Source: Hyaloraphidium curvatum SAG 235-1
Taxonomy: Eukaryota; Fungi; Monoblepharomycota
Reading direction: 5' to 3'
DNA length: 64,000 bases
Assembly: GCA_025558095.1 (NCBI GenBank)
Contig: JAIVFI010000023.1
Location: forward strand, 496,001 to 560,000
Shown here: piece after piece, positions 1 to 10,480 of the stretch
Layout of the letters: each line of letters begins with the position of its first letter
Numbering within the stretch: position 1 is the first letter of the stretch
Notes under the pieces: generated by a model
Database searches by the model: none
What the model was told of the DNA's origin: nothing
What the model saw: the letters and a program-made list of their open reading frames with translations, nothing else
Position numbers and translations under genes: made by a program

Positions 1-546
1 TGAGCTGCAGGCATTGGTTCTCGCGACCGCTGCGGCGGCGTTGGCTTCAGATCGCGAAGCAAATAGCCATTCGAAAGACCCACGTCAAGCAGAACTCGCA
101 GACTCCGCAGCCGTACGCCTGCCACTTCACGCCAACCCGCTCGCCGACCTTGCACACCGTGGGATCAACGTGACTCCCAACCTTGACCACGCAGCCAGCG
201 CCCTCGTGTCCACCGATGCAGGGAACGGCGAAAGGAAGATCGCCTTCGACGAAGTGCAAGTCGCTGTCTGCAGTTGGTGGAAAGACGGAGATGAGCTTTA
301 TGATGGACGCCCCTCATCGTCGGCCGCCCAGTCGGCAGAGAGGCGCTGCCACCACGACCTGGTCGCGCAGTTCATGGCAAACTCACGGCAGACGCCGGAC
401 ATGACCACCTTGACGAGCACCTCGTCCGGTCCCGGTTCTAGAACGGGCGCCTCCTTGATGACGACGCGTCCATTTGGCTTCGGATCCTCAAGAATGGCAA
501 TCTTCTGGGTCGCCGGAACGGCCTCCGCTGCCTCTCCGCTCGGCAT
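1..546 (-). CDS. Zn-dependent alcohol dehydrogenase (MDR family), 5' part; runs off the window
   Basis: Spliced translation gives EVLVKVVMSGVCHSDLH...GGHEGAG...VGERVGVKW...CGVCEFCLTGRENQC, containing the catalytic C-H, the GHE motif and structural-Zn cysteines. Two GT-AG introns. Confidence 0.9.
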
Positions 547-709
547 TTCACCACGAAAGAATGAACGAGAGAACGACTAGATGCGTAACTTTGGGCTCGC
601 GGCGTGCAGTTGGCGGAGGGAAGTGTCACGGAGGAGTTGTCTCCCAAGTCGAGTCGCGCGGGTCGCGCGCGGCGCGCGGTTGTGCTCGGACTCTCCTTGG
701 TCCACCTAG

Positions 710-1090
710 ATGCCAATACGAATTCAACTCATCGATGGCGAATTCTGCATATCGCGCCTTCCGCCGGACGCGTCGGTGCCAGCGTGGGCGGATTCCCGGA
801 GGTTCAGCTCCATCGCGCGAACCGCGGACGAGTTATCCATCTTGTGCCCAACGAACCAAGTCCCCGATGACGTGAAGAAGGAGCCGGACTGGAAACTGAT
901 GAAGCTCGTTGGACCGTTTGACTTCAACGAGATCGGGATCCTCTCTTCGCTGCTCCAACCCCTCGCCAAAGCCGGAATCTCGATCCTGGCGGTCTCTACC
1001 TTTGATACGGACTACATTCTCGTCAAGAAGGACAAGTTGGACGCGGCGATTGAGACTCTGAGCCCTCACGCAACAATTGAACGGGAGTAA
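710..1090 (+). CDS. Tandem ACT-domain protein (COG3603 / CASTOR-GATS-like), intronless
   Basis: Motifs SIARTADELSILC, W-x-LMKLVGPFDFNEIGILSSL, AGISILAVSTFDTDYILV are typical of the ~130 aa ACT_7 proteins. Confidence 0.88.
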   Translation: MPIRIQLIDGEFCISRLPPDASVPAWADSRRFSSIARTADELSILCPTNQVPDDVKKEPDWKLMKLVGPFDFNEIGILSSLLQPLAKAGISILAVSTFDTDYILVKKDKLDAAIETLSPHATIERE

Positions 1091-1603
1091 CCAAGGCGCG
1101 CTGATGCTACACGCTTGCCACGGGAATGCCTGGCGCAGACTGGGAGCTGGCGGTCATCCAGTCGTAGCTTCGTGCTTCTTGCAATACATTTCGCGCTCTG
1201 CCGAGGACGCAATCGAGGGTGATTTGAATTTGATCACGAGAGGGGTGCGCGGCTAGGCGCCGCCGCGTCGGAACCTCCACTTCCGATCCTTCTTTTCTGT
1301 CCTCTCCACGCGCTTGGGGGGCCTAGCGCGCCAGGTGAGGATCATGGTGCTTCACATCTTTCCCATTCGTCACGATTCGTGGGGCAATCTTGCCCACTTA
1401 TCGCTATTTGCGGGGCTCCGGGACGATGACAACGGATGGATAGGGGAGCGTAGAACTCGCCCTGCTGCTTCACGCGCGGGCGGCGATGACCGAGGAAAAT
1501 TACTTGATCTTATCTTGACCGGAGCCGGGATGGGCGCATGAGGCGGAGGATACCTCTTGGCGCCGAGCTACGCGTCCTGACACGCGTTTTCGCCCAGGGC
1601 ACC

Positions 1604-4600
1604 ATGGAGGTCGACCTCCTTTCGTCACCGCCGGCTGCCGACACGGCCATCGCAGCCCTCCCTCGACCTCCCCTATCTCTACTGGCACCCGTCATCCTCA
1701 TCTTTGCGCTACCCGTGGCAGCCCTTGTGTCACGGTGGAGCTCGAAGCCGCTGCCAAGGCCCACCGACTGGCCGGCATGGCTCGGTGCCCTGCCGCGTTA
1801 CGTGACGAAGGGGCCTCGATTGAACCGCGCATACATGGCTGTTGTGGCCCTTGTTATTGGCGTTTTGCTCGTGGACGCGGGGAGCTACCTCAACCGGAGC
1901 GGGTTCCTCGACAAGCCGTGGGTTGCTGATTCGCCTTTCCGGCGCCTGTTGCTTGCTGACGCGGAACCGGACCACGTGCCACTTTCTTTGCCGCGGCAGT
2001 TACGATCTGATCAAGGTCGTGCTGTACCTCTTGGCTTGGCTGGCCGCCTTCGGGATCTTTTTCTTGGAGCTGAGGGCAGTGGACGTGGCGAAGTACGAGG
2101 TCAGGATACGGAACGCTGCTCCGGCCGTCGCTGCAGATGCTGCCGGCGAATCCGCTGCTGCTGTCGACGAAGATAGCAATGGAGGGGTGGTCGAGGCCAA
2201 AAAGGAGGTGGTCGAGGCGGCAGAAGACGAAGCCGCCGGTCCGCCAATTTCATCGGCATGGAGGCGCAGCGTCGTAAGTAGGCCCGAGCTACAAGCTCTG
2301 CATGATTCGGGGCGACTCATGTGCCTCAAACCTCAGTTTCCTGCTTTCGTGCTTCTCGCTTTGCTCATTGACGCCCACGGCGTTGTGGCCCTTGCCCTGA
2401 AGCTCCTCCGCCCGAAACCTGACCAGCCGCTGGACTATTTCCACATCGTTCTCTACCTTCTCCGCTACGCCTTGGAGCTCCTTCTCGGAATCCTTATACT
2501 TTCGTCATACTTTGGCCGCGGCGCCGCCGGGTACTCGCGCCTGCCGGACGACGAGGCACCGTCGCCGAAGCCGGACGAACCTCAGGAGTACAGGGACTTT
2601 TGGGGTCGGATGGCTGTACTTTTGCCCTTCCTGTGGCCGTCTGAGTCGCTCTACCGTGGGTTTGCGTCGTCGCGCAGACTGACGCGCCGCTGAAGGCGCG
2701 CCAGTTCAATTCCTCGTCTTTTTCTGCTTCTTCCTCCTTCTGCTCGGTCGGGTCGTCAACGTGCTGGTCCCTCTTCAGTACAAGGTCGTCATCGATGCTC
2801 TGACGCCTGGGCAAGGATCGCCGGACACGCCAAAGACACCATACTTTTGCTGGCTCGCGATCCTGATCTACGTGTCCTTGAGGTTCCTCCAGGGCGGTGT
2901 GGGCCTCTTGTCGGCGACACAAAACTATTTCTGGATCCCCGTCGGGCAGTGGACGACTCGGAAGGTCTCGGTGGACGCGTTCGCGCACCTGCACTCGCTG
3001 GGAATGCAGTGGCACGTCCAGCGCAAGACGGGGGAGACGCTGCGCATCCTCGACCGCGGGACCTCTTCGATAGTATCGCTCCTGAGCTACATCCTCTTCA
3101 ACATCTTTCCCGTTTTCGGTTCGTTCCGCCGCAGCTGCTTAGAGGAATTCGGCTGACTTTCGTCTTGACCACCAGTCGACATCGGGATCGCGGTGATCTT
3201 CTTCGTGGTCCAATTCGACTGGGTGTTTGGCGTGATCGTGCTCTCCACCATGGTGCTCTACATCCTCTGCACCGTCATCGTCACCGAATGGCGGACGCAG
3301 TTCCGCAAGGACATGATCGACCTCGATAACGCGAGCCGGTCGCTCGCCGTGGACTCGCTGCTCAACTTCGAGACCGTCAAGTACTTCAACAACGAGGACT
3401 ACGAGGTCAAGCGCTTCGACGAGGCCATGCAGCGGTTCATGGTGGCAGATCGCAAGAGCCAGGCTAGCTTGAACGTGCTGAACCTGAGCCAGAATCTCGT
3501 CATCACTCTTGGGGTGTGTTCTATCGTCTTCCGCCAACCAGCCCTTACGTTCCTGACGCCCACACTTCTCAGCTGCTGGCCGGGAGCCTTCTCGCCGCCC
3601 GCGAAGTCGTCGACGGGACACTCACGACAGGGGATTTCGTCATGTTCTTGACGTACCTCACCCAGCTGTACGGCCCGCTCAACTTCATGGGAACCTACTA
3701 CCGGCTCATCCAGCAGAGCTTCATCGACATGTGCGTGCTCTGGTTGACGTCACGCAGTCGTAGTGTTGACGAGATCTTCCAGGGAGAAACTGATCGAGTT
3801 GTTCAAGGAAAGGCAGACAGTGAAGGACAAGCCGAACGCCAAGGAAATCAAGTTCGACAAGGGCGAGGTCGTTTTCGGTTGGTTCTGCCGAATCGAGGCT
3901 CTCCTGTTCAGTTGCCAATCACTCGTTCGTTTTCAGAGAACGTCTCCTTCTCCTACGATCCCCGCCATCCGGCCCTCAAGAACGTCTCCTTCCGGATACC
4001 GGCGGGCAAGACGGTCGCCCTCGTCGGGCACTCGGGCTCGGGCAAGACGTCCGTCACGCGGCTCCTGTTCCGCTTCTACGACGTCAACTCGGGCCGCGTC
4101 CTCGTCGACGGCGTCGACGTGCGCGACGTGACCCAGAAGAGCCTGCGGGCCGCGATCGGCGTCGTGCCGCAGGACACCGGTGAGCACATTGCGCGCAGAA
4201 CCGTCGGGTACGGGAGCTCATCGCCGGGCGCGCGCAGTGCTCTTCAACGACACCATCATGCACAACATCCGCTACGGCAAGCCGTCCGCGACGGACGAGG
4301 AGGTCATCGCCGCCGCCAAGGCCGCGCAGCTGCACGACCGGATCATGACCTTCCCGGACGGGTACAACACCAAGGTCGGGGAGCGCGGCCTGCGGCTCAG
4401 CGGCGGGGAGAAGCAGAGGGTGGCGATCGCGCGGACGATGCTAAAGGATCCCACCATCATCATCCTCGACGAGGTGCGGCCGGACCGCGATGGCTCTGCT
4501 TTGCGGGGTAATGATCATGGCACTCGGACAGGCGACCAGCGCGATGGATTCGATCACGGAGCGGGCGATCCAGGAGAGCTTCAAGGAGCTCTGCAAGGAT

Positions 4601-4940
4601 CGCTCGACGCTCGCGATCGCGGTGAGTTGCGCGCCCTTTCAACAACTCTGATGTGCTGCTCACGCGGTCACGACAGCATCGGCTCACGACGGTGCAGGAC
4701 GCGGACGTCATCATCGTGCTCAAGGAGGGCGAGATCGTGGAGCAGGGCCCGTTCGACGAGCTGATCAAGCGCGGGCCGGGAGGGCACTTTTACGAGCTCT
4801 GGGAGACGCGAAAGAAGGCCGAGGAAAGCGGGGCCGCCGACAAGCCCGAGGAGAAGAAGGAAGCGCGGACGGAGAGGATCGGCGGACACGGAGGCCACGG
4901 AGGCGGCCACGGAGGGCACGGAGGGGGCCACGGACGGTGA
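1604..4940 (+). CDS. HMT1: Half-size ABCB transporter, HMT1/ABCB6 type (heavy-metal tolerance), ~10 introns
   Basis: Extra N-terminal TM region, then [33 protein letters not shown], Walker A GHSGSGKT, signature [13 protein letters not shown], Walker B IIILDE. Ends in a GGH-repeat tail. Confidence 0.88.
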
Positions 4941-5009
4941 TTTCTGGTTGGAACTGTGTCAAAGAGTGCGGATAGATACCACGGTTATACGACTCCTTTC
5001 TGTGAACGC

Positions 5010-6390
5010 CTAGATCTTCTCCTTTGCCACGCGCCGGTCGTCCATCCTCGACAGGATCAGCTTCTTGGAGTTGTCCCCCGCCCCGATGGCCCACCAGTTG
5101 TCGCACTCCTCCCTCGAGCTCTGCCACAGCCTGTGCCCCTCTGCCCTCCTCAGCTTGTCGAACTCGGCGAACGCCTTCGACACGTCGTCCCCGCACGTCC
5201 TGACCAGGTTCCCCAGCACCGCCCCGTCCACCAGCGCCGTCACCGCGCCCCGCCCCAGGTACGGGTAGCACGCGTGCGCGGCGTCGCCGATGAGCAGGAT
5301 GCGCGGGTGCGGGTTGTAGCTGGGGATGGGGGCGATGTCGCGCAGCCGCCAGATGGGGTAGTTGTCCGTGGCGAACTCGAAGGCGCGGGCAAACTGCGGG
5401 AAGGCGGGGTGCTCCGTGCGGCAGCGCTCGATGCCGACCTTGAGGCGGTCGGCGGGGGGCATGTCCTCGATCTGGGCGTAGCCGGGGTGGTTGGCGCGGA
5501 ACCAGGCGTCTGGCGAAGGGGCGATCAGGGCCGTCGAAAGCAGCCGGATCGCGGAGAAACCCACCCCGGACCTCGAGGAAGATGCACAGCTCGCCGTCGA
5601 GCAGCGGGAAAATGCCCGCCACGCTGTCCTTGGCCAGGCTGGTCGTGCTCTGCCCGTACGCGACCATCTCCCGGATGTCCTGGACCAGCTTGTCGTCCGC
5701 GTCCGCGGGGATCTTGGCGATGCAGTAGATGGAGCAGATGTCCGACACCAGCGGCACGCTGTCCGGGAAGTATCGCTGCCTGAAGCTCGAGTTGTTGCCG
5801 TCCGCCGCCACGACGTAGTCGGCCTCGGTCTCGTGCCCGTTTGTGAACCTGAGCTTCACCACCTCCCTCCCGTCCGCGGCCTTCCCGAGCTCCCACGACG
5901 CCAGCGTGTGGTTCCACCTCACGAACCCCTCCGGCAGCCCCTTGCTGATGATGGACAGCAGGTCCCTCCGGCGCACCTGCGGGATGTACTGCCCGGCCGG
6001 CCCGCTCTCCCTCGACCAGACCACCGACCCGTCCCCCCCCCTGACGTACATGACGCGGTTGATGGGCCGCTTGACGGCGTCGACGAGCGCCTCGACGCCC
6101 ATCCCGCGGTCGCCAAACACCTCGGCCCACTTGGCCTTGTTCCCCAGCGAGAGCGAGTACTGCCCGCCGGGGGCCTGCTGCACCGACGCGCGGGCCTCGT
6201 AGCATTCGATGTCGAAGGAGGTGCCGCAGTGCCGCGTGAGGGAGAGGCCGGCGGCGAGGCCGCCTGGAAGTGGGGGAGGTGGCGGGAGACAGCGGGCGAC
6301 ACGGGGGTTAGGGGATGGACGGGGCGGAGGGGGAAGGGGGGACGCACCGGAGCCGGCGCCCATGATGACGATCTTGGGTTTCCTCGACAT
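5010..6390 (-). CDS. FAD-dependent monooxygenase (group A, salicylate hydroxylase/TetX-like), 2 introns
   Basis: After splicing: IMGAGSGGL (GxGxxG), DYVVAADGNNS (DG motif), ILLIGDAAHACYPYLGRG (GD motif). Confidence 0.88.
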
Positions 6391-6552
6391 TCTTGCGCGC
6401 TCGATGTCGCGACGGATCGGAGACGGGCGAGGACTTTTGCGGGAACTGGAGGCGGGGTCTGAGAGGTGGACTTGCCTCCGCTCGTCGTCCGGCCGGTTCT
6501 GCCGCGGATCAACCAGAGGGCGAAATCAGGGTCCTTCAGGGTGCCACACGAG

Positions 6553-7437
6553 ATGACCGACGGCACTGTCGCGCTGCCGGACGGGCGCACTGTCGGCTAC
6601 CGCGACTTCGGCCCCCCCGGCGGCGCCCCCGTCCTCGTCTGCCACGGCGGCCCCGGCAACCGCCTCCAAGCCGCGGTACTGGCCGCCGGCGCGGCCCCGC
6701 ACGGGATCCGCGTCGTCGGCATCGACCGGCCCGGCTATGGGCTCTCGTCGCCCCGGCCCGGCCGCACGATCGCGGACTTTGTCCCCGACGCGCTGGCCGC
6801 CGCCGACCGCCTCGGCATCCGCGCTTTCCACGCGCTGGGCGTGTCGACCGGCGGGGCCTACGCCTTGGCGCTCGCCGCGCTGGCCCCCGATCGCGTGCTC
6901 GGGGTGGTAACGCAGTGCGCCATGACCGACATGCGCGACCCGGCGTCGCGCGCGTCGATGGGGGAGGTCAACCACGCCGTCTGGGGGGCGGCATCGCGCG
7001 GGGCCGCGATCGCCGAGGCGGAGCGGGTGTTTGGTGCCGACGGATCGGGCATGCGCGGGCTGCTGTCGACGGTCCCGCTGGCGCCGGCCGACCTCGAGGC
7101 GCTGGCGGCCCTCGCCTCCGCCGATCCCGCGGCTCTGCAGGCCGACGCCGCGGCGTCCTTCGCCCACGGCGTGCAGGGGTACGTCGACGACCGCCTCGCC
7201 GACGGTCCCGGGTGGGTCTCGTTCGACGCCGCGGCGGTGCGGTGCCCCGTGGCGGTGGTCCACGGCGACGCGGACGCGATCGTGCCGCTGCTTCAGGCCG
7301 AGCACACCGCGGCGCTGGTCCCGCATGCGGAGCTCCGCGTGGTGCCGGGCGGGGGGCACTTTAGCGTCTCGGAGGGGGGGTTGGCGGCCCTGGTGGATCT
7401 GGTCCGGCAGCAGGCCGGGAGCGGGCGGGGTGCGTGA
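6553..7437 (+). CDS. Alpha/beta hydrolase, intronless, bacterial-like
   Basis: LPDGRTVGYRDFG, HGGPG, IDRPGYGLS, nucleophile GVSTGG, HGDADAIVP, GGGHFS. Confidence 0.9.
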   Translation: MTDGTVALPDGRTVGYRDFGPPGGAPVLVCHGGPGNRLQAAVLAAGAAPHGIRVVGIDRPGYGLSSPRPGRTIADFVPDALAAADRLGIRAFHALGVSTGGAYALALAALAPDRVLGVVTQCAMTDMRDPASRASMGEVNHAVWGAASRGAAIAEAERVFGADGSGMRGLLSTVPLAPADLEALAALASADPAALQADAAASFAHGVQGYVDDRLADGPGWVSFDAAAVRCPVAVVHGDADAIVPLLQAEHTAALVPHAELRVVPGGGHFSVSEGGLAALVDLVRQQAGSGRGA

Positions 7438-7631
7438 AGGCACGGCGGTGCCGGAGCAGCTGGAATCACGTTCGTCTTGGGTATCGTGCGTAGTTTACAT
7501 CATGGATCGTTTTTTCTCGTGTCGTGAGGAAGGCGCCCGTCTCCCGCCCATTCTCGGTCCGATCGCCCGTCTCCTTTCTGCCAGTCGTCCGATCCTCGCT
7601 ATCCGCCCTCCATCCGCCGGAAAACCAACCA

Positions 7632-8438
7632 TCAGCTCTGCACGGCACAATCAGTCACCCACCGCGCGGCCGGAAGCGCGGCGGAACCCACCCTCCCGCC
7701 CCAACCCCCCGAGATCCTCCGCAGCGAATCGCTGATCCTCCTCGCGTGCTTCGTCGCAACCCTCTTGAGCTGGCTCGTGGGGCTCCTCCTCTCATCCCTT
7801 CCCTCATCTCCAGCTTGCTGCCCCCGGGACCCGTGCGCGGCGATCTCGGAAGCCGGCTCGGTCGGCGGCGTCGACGCCTCCCACGCCGCCCTGACCTCCC
7901 CCCGCTCGAGCATCCCCTCGAGCCGCGCGGCGGCCGCGAGCAGCGTGCGCGAGGCGAGCGTGTCGGCGCTGCCGGGCTCTTCCTCTTCCTCGTCCTCCTC
8001 TTCGGCGGCGGGGTGCGAGGTGGCGGGCTTCTCGCCGGCGGCGGCGGTCCCCCCGTCCTCGGCGGCGCGCTCCTCCGACGCGCGCTCGGGAGACGTGGAG
8101 CCGCCGATGCCCCCGTCGATCGAGCCCGCCTTGCCCCGCAGCGCCCCCGCGCGTCCGTCGGCCCCCGGAGCGTCCTGCTTCGACTCGGGCGGCGCGGCGT
8201 CGGCCGGAGCCGAGAGATCCTCCACGCGCGCCCAGCGGAGCTCGAACGCCTTGACGCACACGCGCGTGCAAAAAGTGGTGGAACGAGGCGGGACGGGGCG
8301 GGTCAGCGGCGCGGCGCGGGAGGAGGGAAGCCGCGGGCGGGAAGTCACCTGCACGACCACCTGGGCGAAGCCGGCGGGCTCCGAGGGGTGCGCGGGGAGG
8401 CGCGGGAGGGGGGCGGTGGGCGAGGATGGGGCGGACAT
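7632..8438 (-). CDS. Hypothetical low-complexity protein; 3' end uncertain (possible further exon to ~7470-7500)
   Basis: ATG at 8438, plausible GTGACT...AAG intron, acidic stretch EEEDEEEEE, coding-like codon use. No recognisable domain. Confidence 0.5.
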   Translation of the reverse strand: MSAPSSPTAPLPRLPAHPSEPAGFAQVVVQVTSRPRLPSSRAAPLTRPVPPRSTTFCTRVCVKAFELRWARVEDLSAPADAAPPESKQDAPGADGRAGALRGKAGSIDGGIGGSTSPERASEERAAEDGGTAAAGEKPATSHPAAEEEDEEEEEPGSADTLASRTLLAAAARLEGMLERGEVRAAWEASTPPTEPASEIAAHGSRGQQAGDEGRDERRSPTSQLKRVATKHARRISDSLRRISGGWGGRVGSAALPAARWVTDCAVQS

Positions 8439-8634
8439 TGCGGGAGGGTGTGGGGAGTGGGGGGATGTTGGAGGTTGGTGGTGGGGCGAGTTTCGCACCG
8501 CTGATTCGGCCCGGCGATCGTCGCCCCGCAGAGCGAAAAAAGAGGACGCGCAGAACACGGAATGGATTCGTCCAACGGCACAAAGCGGCGCAAAACTGCA
8601 TCGAGATCCCCTCCCCGTCCTCCGATCAACCCAA

Positions 8635-10050
8635 TCACACCTCCTCTTCCGCCTCCCCGTCCTCCCGCTCGGGCAACCCCGCAAACAGGTCCTCCTCGTT
8701 CATCCCCTCGGGCAGCACCAGCGGGTCCTCGTGCTCGTGCATCGGCGACCCCGTGCGCGACCGCATCGGGGACGGGCTCCTGCCCGGGGACGGGAACCGC
8801 GCGGGGGACTGCGACGCCGTGCGCAGGCCGGCGGTGAGCTCCGGGGAGGGCGTCGCCGGGGGGCGGGGTTTGGGCGGGCGGCCGCGGCGTTTCGGCGCCG
8901 CGGAACCGGGGTCGGGGGAGGGGAGGGAGGGGCGGGGTTTGGGGGGGCGGCCGCGGCGCTTGGGCGCGTCCGCGGGGATGGGGGCGTCGCCGGCGGGCGC
9001 GAGGGAGGACTTGGGCGGGCGGCCGCGGCGTTTCGGGGCCAGTCCCGGGGGAACGAGCGACGCCTTGGGCGGGGACCGCCGCTCGAGGGGTTCCCTTTCC
9101 GAGGGAGGGGTCTTTTGGGGCTTCGGGGGGCGGCCGAGGCGGCGCCGCACGACCGCGAGGCCCTCCGGGGCGGGGGTGAGCCGCGTCGCGGAGCGGGGGG
9201 TCGGGGCGGCGGAGGCGTCCTTGCGGGGACGGCCGGGCTTGCGCTTGATCACGGCGGGGAGCTCCAGCGGGGGTGTGGGGGCGCGCGCGCGGGCGGGGGA
9301 GGCGGCGGGGCGGGGCTTTGGCGGGCGGCCGGGCTTGCGCTTGACCACGGGGGGTTCCTCCTCGATCTCCTCGTCCTCCGAGGCGGGCTCGGCGGGCTTG
9401 GCGGGCTTGGCTGCCTTTGGCGGGCGGCCGGGCTTGCGCTTTGGCGGGGCCGAGGCGGGGTCGGGGCTCGCGGTGCGCTCCGGGCTGGCCCTCTTGGGCG
9501 GCCTGCCCCTGCGCTTGGGCGGTGCGGGTGCGGGTGCGGGCGAGGGGTGCTCGATCTCCTCGGGCTCGGCAGAGGGGCTGCGGCGCGGCAGGCGGCCCCG
9601 GCGGGGCGGGGAGGCGGGGGCGGGCGCGTCGTCCTCGTCGGCGGGCGGGCTCCCCGGCTCCCGCGCGGCCCGCGGCGGCCGGCCCCGCCGCTTCTTTGCC
9701 GGCGGCACCTCGCGCGCGGCCTCCGCGGCGTCGGCGGCCCCGCGGCCCACGGCGGCGTCCAGCGCCCGCTTGACCCGCCCCGCCGCCCTCGCGGCGTGCA
9801 CCACGACGCCCCCGCCGCCCTCCCTCACCGCCCGCACCGCCGCCGCCAACGCGCTCGCGCCCGCCGCCGTCTTGCTGAACATGGCGTGGAAGTGCTCGCG
9901 CGCCTCGTCCACGAGGAACGCCGCGGCGTCGCCGTCGAGCCCCGCAGAGAGCATCGCGTCCGCCGCCGCACGCAGCTCCGCGTTGCCCGGCTGCTGCGAC
10001 ACGAGGAGCGCGTGCAGCGCGGGGGCGGTGAGGCCCCTGACACCGGACAT
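8635..10050 (-). CDS. Multi-AT-hook (HMGA-like) chromatin protein
   Basis: About 9-10 KRRGRPPK/KRKPGRPPK motifs in a Pro-rich spacer, a helical N-terminal region and an acidic C-terminus (EREDGEAEEEV). Confidence 0.8.
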   Translation of the reverse strand: MSGVRGLTAPALHALLVSQQPGNAELRAAADAMLSAGLDGDAAAFLVDEAREHFHAMFSKTAAGASALAAAVRAVREGGGGVVVHAARAAGRVKRALDAAVGRGAADAAEAAREVPPAKKRRGRPPRAAREPGSPPADEDDAPAPASPPRRGRLPRRSPSAEPEEIEHPSPAPAPAPPKRRGRPPKRASPERTASPDPASAPPKRKPGRPPKAAKPAKPAEPASEDEEIEEEPPVVKRKPGRPPKPRPAASPARARAPTPPLELPAVIKRKPGRPRKDASAAPTPRSATRLTPAPEGLAVVRRRLGRPPKPQKTPPSEREPLERRSPPKASLVPPGLAPKRRGRPPKSSLAPAGDAPIPADAPKRRGRPPKPRPSLPSPDPGSAAPKRRGRPPKPRPPATPSPELTAGLRTASQSPARFPSPGRSPSPMRSRTGSPMHEHEDPLVLPEGMNEEDLFAGLPEREDGEAEEEV

Positions 10051-10480
10051 GGCGGATATGTGGGGGGCACGGGGGCGAAGGGATGCAGCTGCCCTTCGAG
10101 ACAATCAAGCCCGCCCCCGCCGATGATACAGGCCAAATTGGCCAAATTGCTTGGATGCGGCAAGATAGGCATCTACGGATCAGAAGACGGCATCGCATCC
10201 GCGGCCTTTGTGGTCCGGGATCAAGACCTCTTTAGGGCCATGACGCGAAGGTGACCGGTCCCGGCGGCCACATCCGTGCCGCAGCGTACGCATCGCATCC
10301 ACATCGCCATCAACTTTGCATCGATGTCGATGATTAGCTACCCGAAACCCTGCCTGCTGATCGGCGCGAGGGAAGTCAGTCAGTGAAACGACCGCCACCA
10401 GCCCGTCTCCGTCAGGGCCGTTCTCTTGCGCGTGCCCTGGGGCGCGGACGGGCCCGTGGCCCGCTGGGGCAGAGAACGAT

